DNA from: an uncultured delta proteobacterium | GTDB taxonomy: Bacteria; Myxococcota_A; Polyangia; Fen-1088 | Reading direction: 5' to 3' | Assembly (NCBI GenBank): GCA_963767925.1 | Contig: CAVYGB010000008.1 | Location: 2,592,001-2,656,000 of the forward strand | Length of the DNA stretch: 64,000 nt | Part shown: in pieces, positions 50,782 to 62,032 of the stretch | How positions within the stretch are numbered: position 1 is the stretch's first letter | How the letters are laid out: every line of letters starts with the position of its first letter | The notes under the pieces: generated by a model | The model's input: only the letters and a program-made list of their open reading frames with translations | Databases searched by the model: none | Told to the model about the DNA's origin: nothing | Made by a program: the position numbers and the translations under genes

Positions 50782-51129
50782 ATGGTGACGATCCAGGACG
50801 TGCGCCGGGTGGCGATGTCGTTGCCGAGGACCGAGGAGCATCTCGTCCGCGGACGGGTCAAGCTCCGGGTCGGCAAGATCGTCTACGTGGCGTTCTCGCG
50901 CGACGAGAAGACCATGGGCTTCGCCTTCCCCAAGGAGTGGCGCGCCGAGCTCGTGGAGGGCGAGCCGGACAAGTTCCACATGCCGGAGGCGGCGGACTTG
51001 CGATTCAACTGGGTCTGTGTGCGCCTGGACGCCATCGACCGGGTGGAGATGCACAAGCTCGTCACCCAGGCGTGGCGCATGGTCGTGCCCAGGAGCGTCG
51101 CCACCGCCCACCTCGACCCGTCCAGGTAA
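50782..51129 (+). CDS. MmcQ/YjbR family DNA-binding protein
   Basis: DVRR.AMSLP, RVG, EPDKF, WV.VRL, AWRMVVP. Confidence 0.85.
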   Translation: MVTIQDVRRVAMSLPRTEEHLVRGRVKLRVGKIVYVAFSRDEKTMGFAFPKEWRAELVEGEPDKFHMPEAADLRFNWVCVRLDAIDRVEMHKLVTQAWRMVVPRSVATAHLDPSR

Positions 51130-51150
51130 GCGCGCCGCCCTGGACTTGGC

Positions 51151-51745
51151 TCATCGGGAGACACGACGGCGACACCGGAAGGCGACCAGGGCGGCGACGA
51201 TGACGGTCAGGGCCGCATCCGGAGAGCCCGGGCGAGCGAAGGCGCAGCCGGCACTGCCGGCCGGGGCGGGTACGCCGGCGGCACCCGGGGGCACGGCGCC
51301 GGAAGGTGGAGCAGCGGAGGGCGTGCCGAACGGTGTGGGATCGCCGAGCAGGACGAAGCTGCGGCGCAGGTCGCGGTCGGTGACGGCACGCCTGGCGGCC
51401 TGAACGGCGGCGCCCAGAGAGGGGGTGGCCAGCGCGCGGACGAAAGCCTCGTTGGCGGTGCCCTGCTGGCGTCGCGCGTCCGGGGAGGCGCTGGAGGCCC
51501 ACACGGCAATGGCTCCGCCGCCCGGGGCAGACAGCAAAGCCTGGCCCAGGCTCTGCTACCTCGGGTCCTGGACGCGCGCGTCCTCGGCGCTGGCGGCGGG
51601 CAAACGGCCGATGGCGATCTCGGGGACGTCGCCGTCCAGGTCGCCGTACCAATCGTCCGATGCGGTCTCGATGGTGGTGGTCTCGCGCAGCGGCGTGGGG
51701 ATGAAGTCGTGCCCACCGAGGGCGAGGTGATCGCGCGGATCGAAG
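51151..51745 (-). pseudogene. C25 (gingipain-like) peptidase remnant with MYXO-CTERM-like tail
   Basis: ETASDDWYGDLDGD.PEIAIGRLP, then GGGAIAVWASS, LGAA, FVLLGDP, GC...hydrophobic-RRR; in-frame stop and internal deletion. Confidence 0.7.
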
Positions 51746-51758
51746 CTGGCCCCGCCGA

Positions 51759-52510
51759 TCAGGAGGGCGTAACGCCCTCCCCGCCTTTCCGGACCCCTTC
51801 ACGAGTCCGCTCGACCACCACGTCCGGAACGATGCCGACGCCGTGGTGCCGCCCGCGGCCGTCGGGCGTCATGGTCTTCACGCCGGTGAACGAGAGGAGG
51901 TAACCGCCCGGGACGAAGAGAAGGAGTTCATGTTGCCGTTGGTAACGCCGTTGTGTCCCCCACGAGCATTCCGAGGCGGGCGTCCGCCACCATGGCCGAC
52001 ACAGTTTCGCCCGCACTGATCACGCGCCCGTCGATGAGGACACGAACCTCGCCTCCAGCCGAGGGCTCTTCGGCTCGAAGCTCCACTGGATGTGCTCAAA
52101 GGTCCACCTGGCGATCGGGGCGGGTCATGACCGGAATTAGAACAAGGGGGGCCCTGCTCTCGCGGCGGACCAGGTGGGCGAGCGAGCTCTCGGAGACAGT
52201 CGACCCGGAGATCAGGTGCTCGTGCCTGGCCGCGACGCCCGCCACCAGCTGACCGTCGATCTTCAGGACCCTCGTCGCCGGGATGGAGCGCCTCGGAGCC
52301 CGATCCCACCTTCGTCACGATGAGCCGGCCTGCAATCCAGATCCAGGTCACGGGAGGGCGGTCGGGGAACCCGACGCTGCCCGCACCAGTTGGCGTGGCC
52401 TCGGCATGGCCGTCCTGAAGACGGGCGAGCAGCCGCTCGAGGATGGGCCGCGGGTGCTGGGCGCCTTCCTGCATCGCCGCTGCCAGCCCCTCCTCGAGCG
52501 CGGCCGTCAT
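51759..52510 (-). pseudogene. S41 peptidase remnant
   Basis: LLARLQDGH, ISAGETV, SFTG......DG...HGVGIVPDVVV, spread over several frames. Confidence 0.65.
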
Positions 52511-52578
52511 TGAACCCCAGATCGACGCACTCCGTAAAGCCGGGCGAATGCCGTCAGGTGTGAACGCGAGATGAACCC

Positions 52579-52713
52579 GAATTCATCGCCCAGGCCGACA
52601 ATCTCGTGTTCATCGGCCCCCCCGGCGTCGGCAAGACCGGGCTCGCCTCGGGCCTGCTCCTGCGCGCCATCGAGAGCGGCTACCGCGGCCGCTTCCTGCG
52701 CGCCCAGGATCTC
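52579..52713 (+). mobile_element. IS21-family IstB ATPase fragment
   Basis: FIAQADNLVFIGPPGVGKTGLASGL...AIESGYRGRF.RAQDL. Confidence 0.75.
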
Positions 52714-52718
52714 GATTC

Positions 52719-53210
52719 GTGCAGCGTCGGCAAACGAGCCCAGCTTCGGTCTGTGAGGGTGTTGATATTTTGAACGAGACGGGCACCTTGCTTCGCCTCA
52801 ACATCACTTACAACCCGGAGGTTGGGTCCAAGACATTCAACGTGATCGCGCCCGGTGCTGGGCCGATTTGCCGTCTGGATGTGGACGGTCCCGCTCACCG
52901 ACCCGCGGGTCGAAGCCACAAGCATTCACTTCAGAGCGACCGCTGTCCCGAGCGAAATCTGCGCGATGGCGTAGTTGATCGGGCGGATCTTTCCGGAAAG
53001 TCGCTTCGCGATCTCTTCATGATCTTCTGTCAATGGCCAAGATAACGCACACGGGAAGACTCCACGACCCGTCTGAGTGAGCATGCGTGCACTCGAGGAA
53101 ATACGTCGGATCGCGACTTCGCAATGCATGATCCGTGCGATCGACACTGTTCCTCGCGGGCACCTCCGCCTTGAGACGAAGTTCTTGTTATCCGGACGGC
53201 TCATCCGTCC
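52719..53210 (+). pseudogene. fragments of a two-gene pair (DUF6978-like then DUF1828-like)
   Basis: PICRLDVDGPAH...RSHKH; then LRLETKFL/YPDGSSV with a frameshift; lower GC. Confidence 0.4.
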
Positions 53211-53267
53211 GAGCTGCGACCCCTGCGTCGGTCCGGTCCAACCCCCGACGTCCTCTGGGAGGAAGCG

Positions 53268-53816
53268 GTGCTGCTCGTGCGTCGGTCGGAAACCCGTGGG
53301 GAGGTGATGGAACGTGCGAAGACCGGGCAGCTCCTGCGAATCCCGCTACCCGCCGAGTTGATGGACATCTTGCGATGGCACGTGGGGAACCTCCCGGAGG
53401 GTCCCATGAGAGAGTCGCCTCTCCTCTTCCCTTCCCGATCGGGCGGGTACCGTGCTCCGCCGTGCCTGGACAGGCCAATCCGGGACGTCGCCCAGAAATC
53501 CAAGATCGGAAAGACGCTCTCGCCGCGGATGATGCGGCGGACGTTCCAGAGCCTTGGCAGGGCGGCAGAGGTCCATGACTTCGGGGTGCGGGCCATCTCC
53601 GGCCACGCCACCGCGACCATGCACCACCGTTACAGCAGCGTGAGCGATGCGGAGAAGCGCAGTGGACTGGCCAAGGTGACGGCACTGGCCGGGATCACCG
53701 CCAAAGTGGTGATCCCGGTGGTGATCGAAGGCGACCCTGCCAGATCGACCGTGACCCCAGAAATGAAAAAAGCCCGGGGTTTCCGGGCCTTCTGTGGAGC
53801 GGGAGAAGGGATTTGA
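53268..53816 (+). pseudogene. tyrosine recombinase/integrase C-terminal remnant
   Basis: KTG..RIPL, LLFPS, MRRTF, ISGH, HRY catalytic-domain motifs; no N-terminal half; abuts a tRNA. Confidence 0.8.
53766..53791 (-). terminator. intrinsic terminator downstream of tRNA-Gly
   Basis: minus strand GCCCGG-aaacc-CCGGGC followed by a U-run. Confidence 0.7.
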
Positions 53817-53869
53817 ACCCTCGACGTCCACCTTGGCAAGGTGGCACTCTACCACTGAGTTACTCCCGC
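53795..53869 (-). tRNA. tRNA-Gly (GCC)
   Basis: GCGGGAG acceptor stem / CTCCCGC-TCCA, CCACC-TTGCCAA-GGTGG anticodon arm, GGTTCAAATCC T-arm. Confidence 0.97.
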
Positions 53870-54111
53870 AAAGAGGGCTCGTAAGGTACGAGATCCTTGG
53901 GCTTTCCGCAAGGGGATCCTGCGCGGGTTTCAGGGGGGCGCTTCTTTTTTCTCCGGGCCGCTTCCCTCTCGGATCGGCCAGCCAGCATCTCCTCCCGATC
54001 CTTCCCTGCTGCACCCCCGGTCCTCTCGATCGCCCGCGGCCGAACGGGGCGCGCCGTCAGAAAATGTGACGATGCCGTCCGGGGGGCCAGGGGGGTCTTA
54101 GGTTCAGCGGC

Positions 54112-55236
54112 ATGGTGAAGACCTCATCAGCCTGCCTTCTGGTGTCCGTGGTCCTCCTTGCCGGATGTGACGAGGCCGGGCCGCCGGCGCGGACATTCGT
54201 GCCGGCTTTGACGGCGCGGGGGGTGTCGTCGTTCGGGATCGGGGCGGGGGGGATGGAGATGGGGCTGGGGGCAGAGTCGCAGTTCTGGACGGTGGCGCAG
54301 GCGCTGGTGCGCCATCCGGGGGGCAGGTTCGCCTATGCGACGACGCTCGAGCCGGATTGGGCGCTGTGGGGGGTGGCGCTGGATCGGGGGACGGGGGCGC
54401 TCGCGACGTTGCCGGGGTCGCCCTTCCCCACGCTGTCCGGATCGCTCGAGCCCTTCATCGAGCCCGGGGGGCGGTTCCTTTACGTGCCCCACCAGGGCCA
54501 GCTCCCCCAGGTCTGCGTGCTCGCCTTCTCGATCGACGCGGAGACCGGGGCGCTCACCCCGGTTCCCGGCTCGGGGTCCGTCATCGAAGGGAGCAACTGC
54601 TGGTCGGCGGTGTCCGACCGGGATGGCCGCTTCCTCTACGTTGTCGACAACACCTTCAACGCGGCCGGCACCGCCCCGAACTTTCGCGTGTTCGGGATCG
54701 ACGCCGGCTCGGGGGTGCTCACCGCCCTGCCCGGCTGGCCGCGGCCGATGGCGCCCGCTCCGAACCATGGCCTCGCGCACGTGAACATCCATCCGGGCGG
54801 GCGGTTCCTCTACACCATCTCGGACAGCGACGCGTCGGATGCACCGAACCTCCTCTCGGTCCTGGTGCCCGACCCCGCCACGGGGGAGGTGACCGCTTCG
54901 CCGGAGCCGCCCCTCGACGTCGGCGAGGCGCGCCGGCTGGTCTTTCACCCGGGGGGACGGCTCGTCCTCGCCCTGACCGAGCGCCGTCTCCGGGTCTACC
55001 AGGTCAATCCAGACTCGGGGGTCCTGCGCCCTACCAGCCACAGGTTCGAGCACGGCCCGGTGCCGGGCTCCCCGCTCCTGCCCCGTCTCATCGCTTCGGT
55101 CGGCATCGATCCGACGGGGGACTTCGTCATCGTGGGCGACGGCATCGACGACGCCGTCGCCGTGCTCGCCATCGACGCCACCTCCGGCGCCCTGCAGCCG
55201 GTGCCCGGCTCCCCCTTTGCCCGCCCCTCCCGCTGA
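54112..55236 (+). CDS. lactonase-family beta-propeller lipoprotein
   Basis: lipobox LAGC; repeated HPGGRFLY and ID..TGALT.VPGSPF blades. Confidence 0.85.
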   Translation: MVKTSSACLLVSVVLLAGCDEAGPPARTFVPALTARGVSSFGIGAGGMEMGLGAESQFWTVAQALVRHPGGRFAYATTLEPDWALWGVALDRGTGALATLPGSPFPTLSGSLEPFIEPGGRFLYVPHQGQLPQVCVLAFSIDAETGALTPVPGSGSVIEGSNCWSAVSDRDGRFLYVVDNTFNAAGTAPNFRVFGIDAGSGVLTALPGWPRPMAPAPNHGLAHVNIHPGGRFLYTISDSDASDAPNLLSVLVPDPATGEVTASPEPPLDVGEARRLVFHPGGRLVLALTERRLRVYQVNPDSGVLRPTSHRFEHGPVPGSPLLPRLIASVGIDPTGDFVIVGDGIDDAVAVLAIDATSGALQPVPGSPFARPSR

Positions 55237-55307
55237 GCCGGCCCCTCGCCTGCGCGATCGGCCGCTCCGCGGGGCGGCGGCCGATCGGGTGCGAACGCGC
55301 GCCTCGG

Positions 55308-56795
55308 TCAGCGCCGGCGACGGCGGATGAGGCCGCCGGCCAGGGCGAACGTCACCAACGCCACCAGGGCCAGCCCGCCGGTCGGTCGCGGCGAGAGCGT
55401 GCAGCCGCCCCCGTCCGGGTCGCCGGGTGGCGACGCTCCGGCCGCGCCACCGGTGCCACCGGTCCCACCGCCGCCGTCAGCCCCGCCCGAGCCGCCGGCC
55501 CCGCCGGCCCCGCCCGCGCCGCCAGCTCCGCCCGAGCCGCCGGCCCCACCGGTCCCCGGGGTAGAGGCGCTGCAGCTCGCCGGCACGTTCTTCGGGGTCA
55601 CCTTCGCCACCACGCCGTCGGCGTTGGACACGATGTAAAGCGCCCCGCCCGGGCCCATCCGGAACGACGTCGGCCCGCTGAAGGTCCCGAAGTCCTTGCG
55701 CGAGTTGGCGACCACCCCCGTCCGCTGGGTGTTCACGTCCAGGCTCCACAGCCGCCCGGAGTCGTAGTCGCCGAAGATGTAGCGCTGCTCGAAGGGGCCC
55801 CAGCCGCACCCCGCGGGAGGCATCAACCCGCCGGTCACGGAGACGCCGTCGTCGCGGCCGTAGCTGTGGACCGGAGCCGTGCATTCGGTGGAGGGGGTCA
55901 TGGCGTTGCAGCCGGCGAGGCCGCCGACGGCCCCCCACGTCATCGACCCCTCGACGAAGGGGTACCCGTGGTGGGTGCCCTTGCCGCCGACGGTGATCTC
56001 CTCCTGGGTCCGCTCGCCGACGTCGCCGATCCACATCAGATCGGTCCGGGGGTCGATCCAGAACCGCCAGGCGTTGCGGAAGCCCCAGGCCCAGATCCGC
56101 TTGTCGGGTGGGGCCATCTCGTAGGGCGTATTCAAGGTGGCAGTGCAGCTCGTTGCGCTGGCCACGTCGCTCAGCGGGTTGTCGCTGGGGATCGACCCGT
56201 CGAGGTTCACGCGCAGGATCTTGCCGTTGGGCTTGTTGAGGCAGCTCCCGTATCTGTTCTGGGGCGGGCTGCGGTTGGACCCCGTGTCACCGGTCGACAC
56301 GTAGAGCTTGCCCTCGTGGATCACCAGGCCGCCGCCGTCGTGGTTGGCCGGCCCCTCCAGGCCTTGATCGACGATCGGGTTCGCCAGATCGACGGTGACG
56401 GCGCCGCTGGCGGCGATGGTCCCCTTGAACACCTTGTGCTTGTTCACGGTCTCGTTGCCGGCCGAGGCGTAAAAATAGAGGTTGTTCTGATCGTCGCGCA
56501 CGACGCCGAGGAGCCCCTTTTCGCCGTTGCTGAGGTCGACCTGCACCATGGCCGCCACCGGCATCTGGACGGTGCCGTCGGCGTTGATGGTCACGACCTG
56601 GCCGGTCCGGCGGGTCACCACCGCCCGCCCATCGGTCAGGAAGGTGATGTCGGTGGCGTCGGCGACGCCGGTCAGCCAGTCGGGATCCAGGGTCAACGTG
56701 TCGGCCGGTTCGCCCGACTGAAGCTGGGCGTTGGCGACGCAGCTGCAGGCCGTGGTCAGAACCAGCGCCAGGGCGGTGCTCAGAGCGGTCTTCAT
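55308..56795 (-). CDS. PQQ-dependent sugar dehydrogenase (GSDH) with MYXO-CTERM-like tail
   Basis: GEKGLLG, NHDGG, LYVSTGD, GKILR, WGFRNAWR, GDVG...EEI; ends GGGC..hydrophobic..RRRRR. Confidence 0.88.
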   Translation of the reverse strand: MKTALSTALALVLTTACSCVANAQLQSGEPADTLTLDPDWLTGVADATDITFLTDGRAVVTRRTGQVVTINADGTVQMPVAAMVQVDLSNGEKGLLGVVRDDQNNLYFYASAGNETVNKHKVFKGTIAASGAVTVDLANPIVDQGLEGPANHDGGGLVIHEGKLYVSTGDTGSNRSPPQNRYGSCLNKPNGKILRVNLDGSIPSDNPLSDVASATSCTATLNTPYEMAPPDKRIWAWGFRNAWRFWIDPRTDLMWIGDVGERTQEEITVGGKGTHHGYPFVEGSMTWGAVGGLAGCNAMTPSTECTAPVHSYGRDDGVSVTGGLMPPAGCGWGPFEQRYIFGDYDSGRLWSLDVNTQRTGVVANSRKDFGTFSGPTSFRMGPGGALYIVSNADGVVAKVTPKNVPASCSASTPGTGGAGGSGGAGGAGGAGGAGGSGGADGGGGTGGTGGAAGASPPGDPDGGGCTLSPRPTGGLALVALVTFALAGGLIRRRRR

Positions 56796-57066
56796 GTCTT
56801 TCCTCCAGAAGTCGGGGGGGCTCGCGGCGTCAGGCCGGCGCCCACGCCCACTACCACGCTGCTTCCGATCCCGGGTAGGCGCCCGTCGTGGACGGTATGC
56901 ATTCGTGGGCTCGCGAGAGTTTCTCCAATAATATCGGGGGCCTGCACCCCCGGCAAGTCGCCCCCGCCGCTCCATCGCGACGCAGCAATCCCCCATCCGC
57001 CCGCCGCCGTTCGACAGGCGGGGGAAAATCGCGGAGATTCTTCCCGGAACGAGGCCCAGCCGACCC

Positions 57067-58036
57067 GTGAGCACCGTAGACACCCGATCCCGACGCCTGC
57101 GCGTCCTCGGCGCCCCGCCGCCCGCCGAGCCTGTTGCCCCGGGGCCCCGGCACCCCCCCTGGATCCGCATGAAGATGCCCGGCGGCAAGGTCTACACAGA
57201 CCTGCGCGTCCCGGGTCCGCGAGCTCGGCTTGCACACCGTGTGCGAGAGCGCCTCCTGCCCCAACATCGGGGAGTGCTGGAACCGCCGCTCGCTGACCAT
57301 CATGATCCTCGGCGGCATCTGCACCCGTTCGTGTCGCTTCTGTGACGTCCCCACCGGCCGCCCGCTGCCGGCCGACCCCGAGGAGCCCGAGCGGGTGGCG
57401 ACCATGCTCGCCGAGCTCGACCTGCGCCACACTGTCATCACCTGTGTGGATCGCGACGACCTGCGCGACGGCGGCGCCGCCCACTGGGCCGCCACCATCC
57501 GGGCGGTGAAGCGCCGCTCGCCCGAGCTGGTGCTCGAGATCCTCGCCGGCGACTTCAAGGGCGACACCGGCGCCGTCGACACCGTCTTGCAAGCAGGGCC
57601 CGACGTGTTCGCCCACAACCTCGAGACGGTGCCGCGCCTGTCGCGCCAGGTCCGGGTCCAGGCCAGCTATGCGCGCAGCTACGCGGTTCTCCGACACGCC
57701 AAGCAGCAGCGGCGCCATCACGAAGACCGGCCTGATGCTCGGGCTCGGCGAGACCCACGACGAGGTGTTGCAGGTGCTGCACGAAACCCGGGAGATCGGT
57801 GTCGACATCTTGACACTGGGGCAATACCTGCGGCCTTCGCGCTCGCACCTGGCGGTGGCCCGCTACGTGCCCCCCGAGGAGTTCACCGCCCTGGGGGACG
57901 AGGCCCGCGCGCTCGGGTTTCCCCATGTGGAATCGGGCCCGATGGTGCGCTCGAGCTACCATGCGGACGGCCAGCGAGATATCGTTCGGGAGCTGCGGGC
58001 GAGCCGCCGGAGGGCCACCCGCCGAATAATTGTTGA
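57067..58036 (+). CDS. lipA: lipoyl synthase, at least two apparent frameshifts; 3' end uncertain
   Basis: [59 protein letters not shown]. Confidence 0.9.
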
Positions 58037-58076
58037 TTCGCGGCCGTCTCAGAGAGGCCACGAAAGGAGAGGCGCC

Positions 58077-58774
58077 ATGACCAGGACTTCATTGCTCAAG
58101 CTCGGCTGCGCGATCCCAATGTTCGCGCTCGTCGCCAGCTCCTGCGCGACCAAGACCCAGACCGGCGCCGGCGCGGGCGCCGGCGGCGGGGCGCTGCTGG
58201 GCGCCGGCATTGGCGCCCTGGTGGGCGGAAAGAAGGGCGCCCTGGTGGGCGCCGGCGTCGGCGCGGCGGCAGGGGCCACCACCGGCGCGCTCATCGGCCG
58301 CTACATGGACAAGCAGGAGAAGGCCCTCAAGGAGGTCAAGGGCGCCAAGGTCGAACGCGAGGGGAACAAGCTGGTCGTCAAGTTCAACTCGGCCATCCTC
58401 TTCGACACCGCCAAGTCCGACCTCAAGGGCCCGGCCAAGAACGACCTCACCGAGTTCGCCAACGTCCTCAAGGAGTACAAGGACACCGACCTCGTCATCG
58501 AGGGCCACACCGACAGCACCGGGAAGAAGGACTTCAACAAGCGCCTCTCGGTCGGCCGGGCCGACGCGGTCATCGGCTACCTCGAAGGCCAGGGCGTCGA
58601 GCGCGTCGCGCATGACCGGCCGGGGCTACGCCGACGAGATGCCGGTCGCCGACAACGCGCTCCGAGGCGGGACGCAGCCAGAACCGCCGGGTGCAGATCC
58701 ACATCGCGGCCAACGAGAAGCTGCAGCAGGAAGACGCCGCCGCGGCCCAGGCCAGTAACCAGCCCCAGCCGTGA
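58077..58774 (+). CDS. OmpA-family lipoprotein with glycine zipper, frameshifts near 58600-58680
   Basis: lipobox ASSC, GA-rich zipper, YMDKQ, ILFD, IEGHTD, NKRLS..RA, NRRV. Confidence 0.88.
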
Positions 58775-58844
58775 GACGCTCGTCAGAGGCTCGCTCAGGG
58801 CGCGCGCGAGCGCGTCGTCGAAACGCCGCCTCTCCGATCCGAGG

Positions 58845-60063
58845 TCACTCTCGGTCGAGGAAGGCGGCGTAACCCATCAGGGCGGTCAGATAGGACAGGT
58901 CGTTGGCCCAGGTGGCCACGTAGCGGGGCTCGATGGCCAGCCCCTCGCGCAGCAGGCGGTCGAACAGGGGCACGTCCTCGACCGCCAGCTTGCCCGCGAA
59001 GAGCGCGCCGGGCCAGGCCGACTCTGCCCCTGCGTGAGGGCGATGCGCAGGAAGTTCGTCACCCGCAGCAGGCCGTCGAGGTAACAGACGTCCTTGGTGA
59101 AGGGCGCCCCTCCCTCGAGCACGCCCGCCCCGGAACACCCGGCGGGCGCCGTCGAAGGCGGCCGCCTCGTCGTAGCCCCGCCCGAGGAAGAACCGGTACA
59201 CCTCGAGGAAGTCGGCCCCCTGCTCGGCCCGCTCGATCGCCAGCACCCGGTCCGAGATGCGCCGCACACGCGGCAGGCTGGTGGAGCCGGTCAGGAACTC
59301 GGTGAGCACCGCCAGGCCCTCCTGGGTGCTGGTCGTGCGCGGGGTGGGGACGCCCAGGAACACGAGCACCGGCTGGGCCCGCCCGTTGAGGGCGGTGGCC
59401 ACGTGGACCTGCCCCTCGTGAAAGGCGATCTGGCTCAGGTCCCGCTGCGAGAAGCGGGCCTCGCGCTTGAGCCTGATCTCGTCGGCGCTGGCGCTGGCCA
59501 GGGCGGCGAGCCCGTCGGCCACCACGATGCGGATCTCCCGCCCGGGGAAGAAGGCGTCGAAGCGGGCCTTCAGCAGCGGCACCGCCTCCTCGGCCGTCAT
59601 GCTGGGGCGGTCGGCCTCGTCGGGCGGCGGGGTGAAGCCGGCCACCACCTGATCGAAGTGGCGGGCCAGGCCCAGGTTGGTCGTGTGCCGGTCGGAGGCG
59701 AGGCTGGCCGGGCGGCCGTACAGCTCGACCGAGTGGAAGTAAAAGTCCTTGCTGCCGACCGCCAGCAACATGCGGGCGGCGGTGGCCAGACTGCCGGCGG
59801 TGTCGCGCAGGAACCGCTCGACCTCGTTGTCCCCCGTGATCCGGCGTCTGCAGATCCTCGCAGCCGCTCGAGGGCCGTCGGCGACCTCGGGGGACAGGCG
59901 GTAGGTGGGCCGGGGCAGCTCGCTGGGCGCCCGCGGCGAAGAAGCCCTCCTCGACCTCGGCCGTCCAGGCCAGCGAGCGCAGCACCCGCAAGGGGCGCTG
60001 GGCGTCGAGGATCTCGGCGGAGGTCTCGCGGAGCAGGGTCTCGAGCCGAGGTGACAGCGCCAA
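58845..60063 (-). CDS. DUF1704 / QEGLA-motif metallopeptidase-like protein, several frameshifts
   Basis: [30 protein letters not shown]. Confidence 0.85.
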
Positions 60064-60076
60064 GCGGTGCTCCTGC

Positions 60077-60981
60077 CTACCGCCCGACCCCCACCCGGAT
60101 CCCGGGCGGGACCGAATAGGTGATGAAGGAGTTGCCGCCGATGATGGCCCCCCGCCCGATGACCGTGTCGCCGCCCAGGATGGTGGCGTTGGCGTAGATG
60201 ATGACCTCGTCCTCGATGGTGGGGTGGCGCTTGGTGGGGGCGGTGCCCGGGGCGTCGGTGCCGTTGCGCTCTTGATCGAGAGCGCGCCCAGGGTCACGCC
60301 CTGGTAGATGCGGACCGAGTTGCCGATGTCGGTGGTCTCGCCGATGACGATGCCGGTGCCGTGATCGATGAAGAACGACGAGCCGATGCGGGCCCCCGGG
60401 TGGATGTCGATGCCGGTGCGAGACTTGGCGTGTTCGGTCAACATGCGCGGCACGATGGCCGCCCCCTCCTGCAGCAGCCGGTGGGCGGCGCGGTAGATGG
60501 CGATGGCGTACAGGCCGGGGTAGCAGGCGATGACCTCGTCGGGACCGGTGGCGGCCGGATCGCCGTCGAGCGCCGCCTCGACGTCCTGGACCAGCAGGGC
60601 GCGGATGCCCGGCAGGGCGGCCAGCAGCCTGCGGGTCGATCGCCCGGGCCTGCTTGCGGCAGCCGTCGTCGTCGCCGTCTTCGCGGCAGCGCCGGTGCAG
60701 GCCCAGGAACACCGCCTCCTCGAACCGGCGCTCGAGGGTGGCCAGGTGGCCGGCCAGGCCCTCCAGCAGGGCCGGCCGCGAGCTGGCCCCATTGGAGCGC
60801 ATCCGGCCGGTGCTGGGGAAGAGAACGGTCGATCAGCTCTTCGGCGATGGCCGCGATGTCGGCGGCGCTGGGCAGGGGCCCCCGCAGGCCGCCGTCGACC
60901 CGGGCGTCGGGCACCTTCAGCAGGCGCTCGGCCAGCCGCAGGTACGGGCGGCGCGGGCGCGGTCCGTCGCTGAATGGCCAT
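60077..60981 (-). CDS. cysE: serine O-acetyltransferase (CysE/EpsC-like), frameshifted
   Basis: [50 protein letters not shown]. Confidence 0.85.
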
Positions 60982-61047
60982 CCGGACACTCTAGCGCAAA
61001 CCACCGGGCCGGCCGTCAGCGCAGGTCTCCGGGCGGTGTCCCGCGGG

Positions 61048-61943
61048 TCAAGCGCCTGGCAGCTTGTCCAGGACCTCTTGCAGGCGCGACTCCGGGATCG
61101 AGACCCGGGTGGGCATGCCGCCTCCCAGCTCGAACAGCTTGACGAAGTCCAGCCCCGACTCGAAGTCGGCGGCGATGGAGAGCGAGCCCGAGTCGTGGAC
61201 CACCGCCACCGCGGCCTTGCGCTGGCCCAGCAGCAGCAGCTCGGTCTTGTCGTAGGGTGTGCGCGAGGTGGGGCGCACGTACGCCACCTGGCCGTCGACC
61301 CGGTAGCGCTCGGCCAGCCGCTTGGCCTCGTCCAGCAGGGGATCGACCATGCGCGGCGGCCGCCTCGATCTCCTCCCAGTGGTGGGGGGCCCTGGTGCGC
61401 GCCAGCAGGTACTGGATGATCCGGTGCTTGAGGTTCGTGTCGCGAAAGCGCGCCCGCAGCGCCCGATCGATGCGGGTGGCGATCGGCCCCGGCTCGCCCC
61501 GGCGCGTGTCGACCGCGCGGGCGTCGTCGTCGGCCCCCGGATAGGGCTCTACCCCGCCGAGGACCCACTTGGCCCCGGAGTACAGTCCGTCGAGGTCGAC
61601 GTGGACCGCCACGCGTGTCGACCGGGCCGGCGGCGGCCACCACCTCGGGGGTCACCATCTCCGGGCAGGCGCCGTGTTCGGCCTTGGTCGACAGCACGAA
61701 GCGCGGATCGTTGGCGTAGTCGACGTGCCGTTCGTGATCGTGGTGGTCCACCCAGGCCGCCAGGCGGCTGCCCAGCCCCTGGATGAAGGGCAAGGTGACC
61801 TTCTCGAACGACGAGCCGCCGCCCTCGGCGGCGAAGGCGATGTCGAGCACCGCCACCCTCCCGGGGAGGGTCTCCGGCTTGGGCAGCGCACGCGGCGTCA
61901 GGTACGCGAAGCGGACACCGGTGCTGGCTGAGCTGTCCGACAT
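61048..61943 (-). CDS. DHH-like protein, frameshifted
   Basis: VLDIAF, WVDHHDH, HVDLDG, LGGGMP; pieces in three frames. Confidence 0.55.
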
Positions 61944-62032
61944 CGAACCAGGGAGGATAGACGACCCGGGCGCACCATCCAGAAGCAAATTCTGGCTACC
62001 CGCCGCACCAGCCAACATACTGTGCCGAGGGG

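Noticed and set aside
57669..59084. LipA-OmpA fusion
   Set aside because: OmpA has its own RBS (AAAGGAGAGG) and lipoprotein signal; read-through is best explained by an indel
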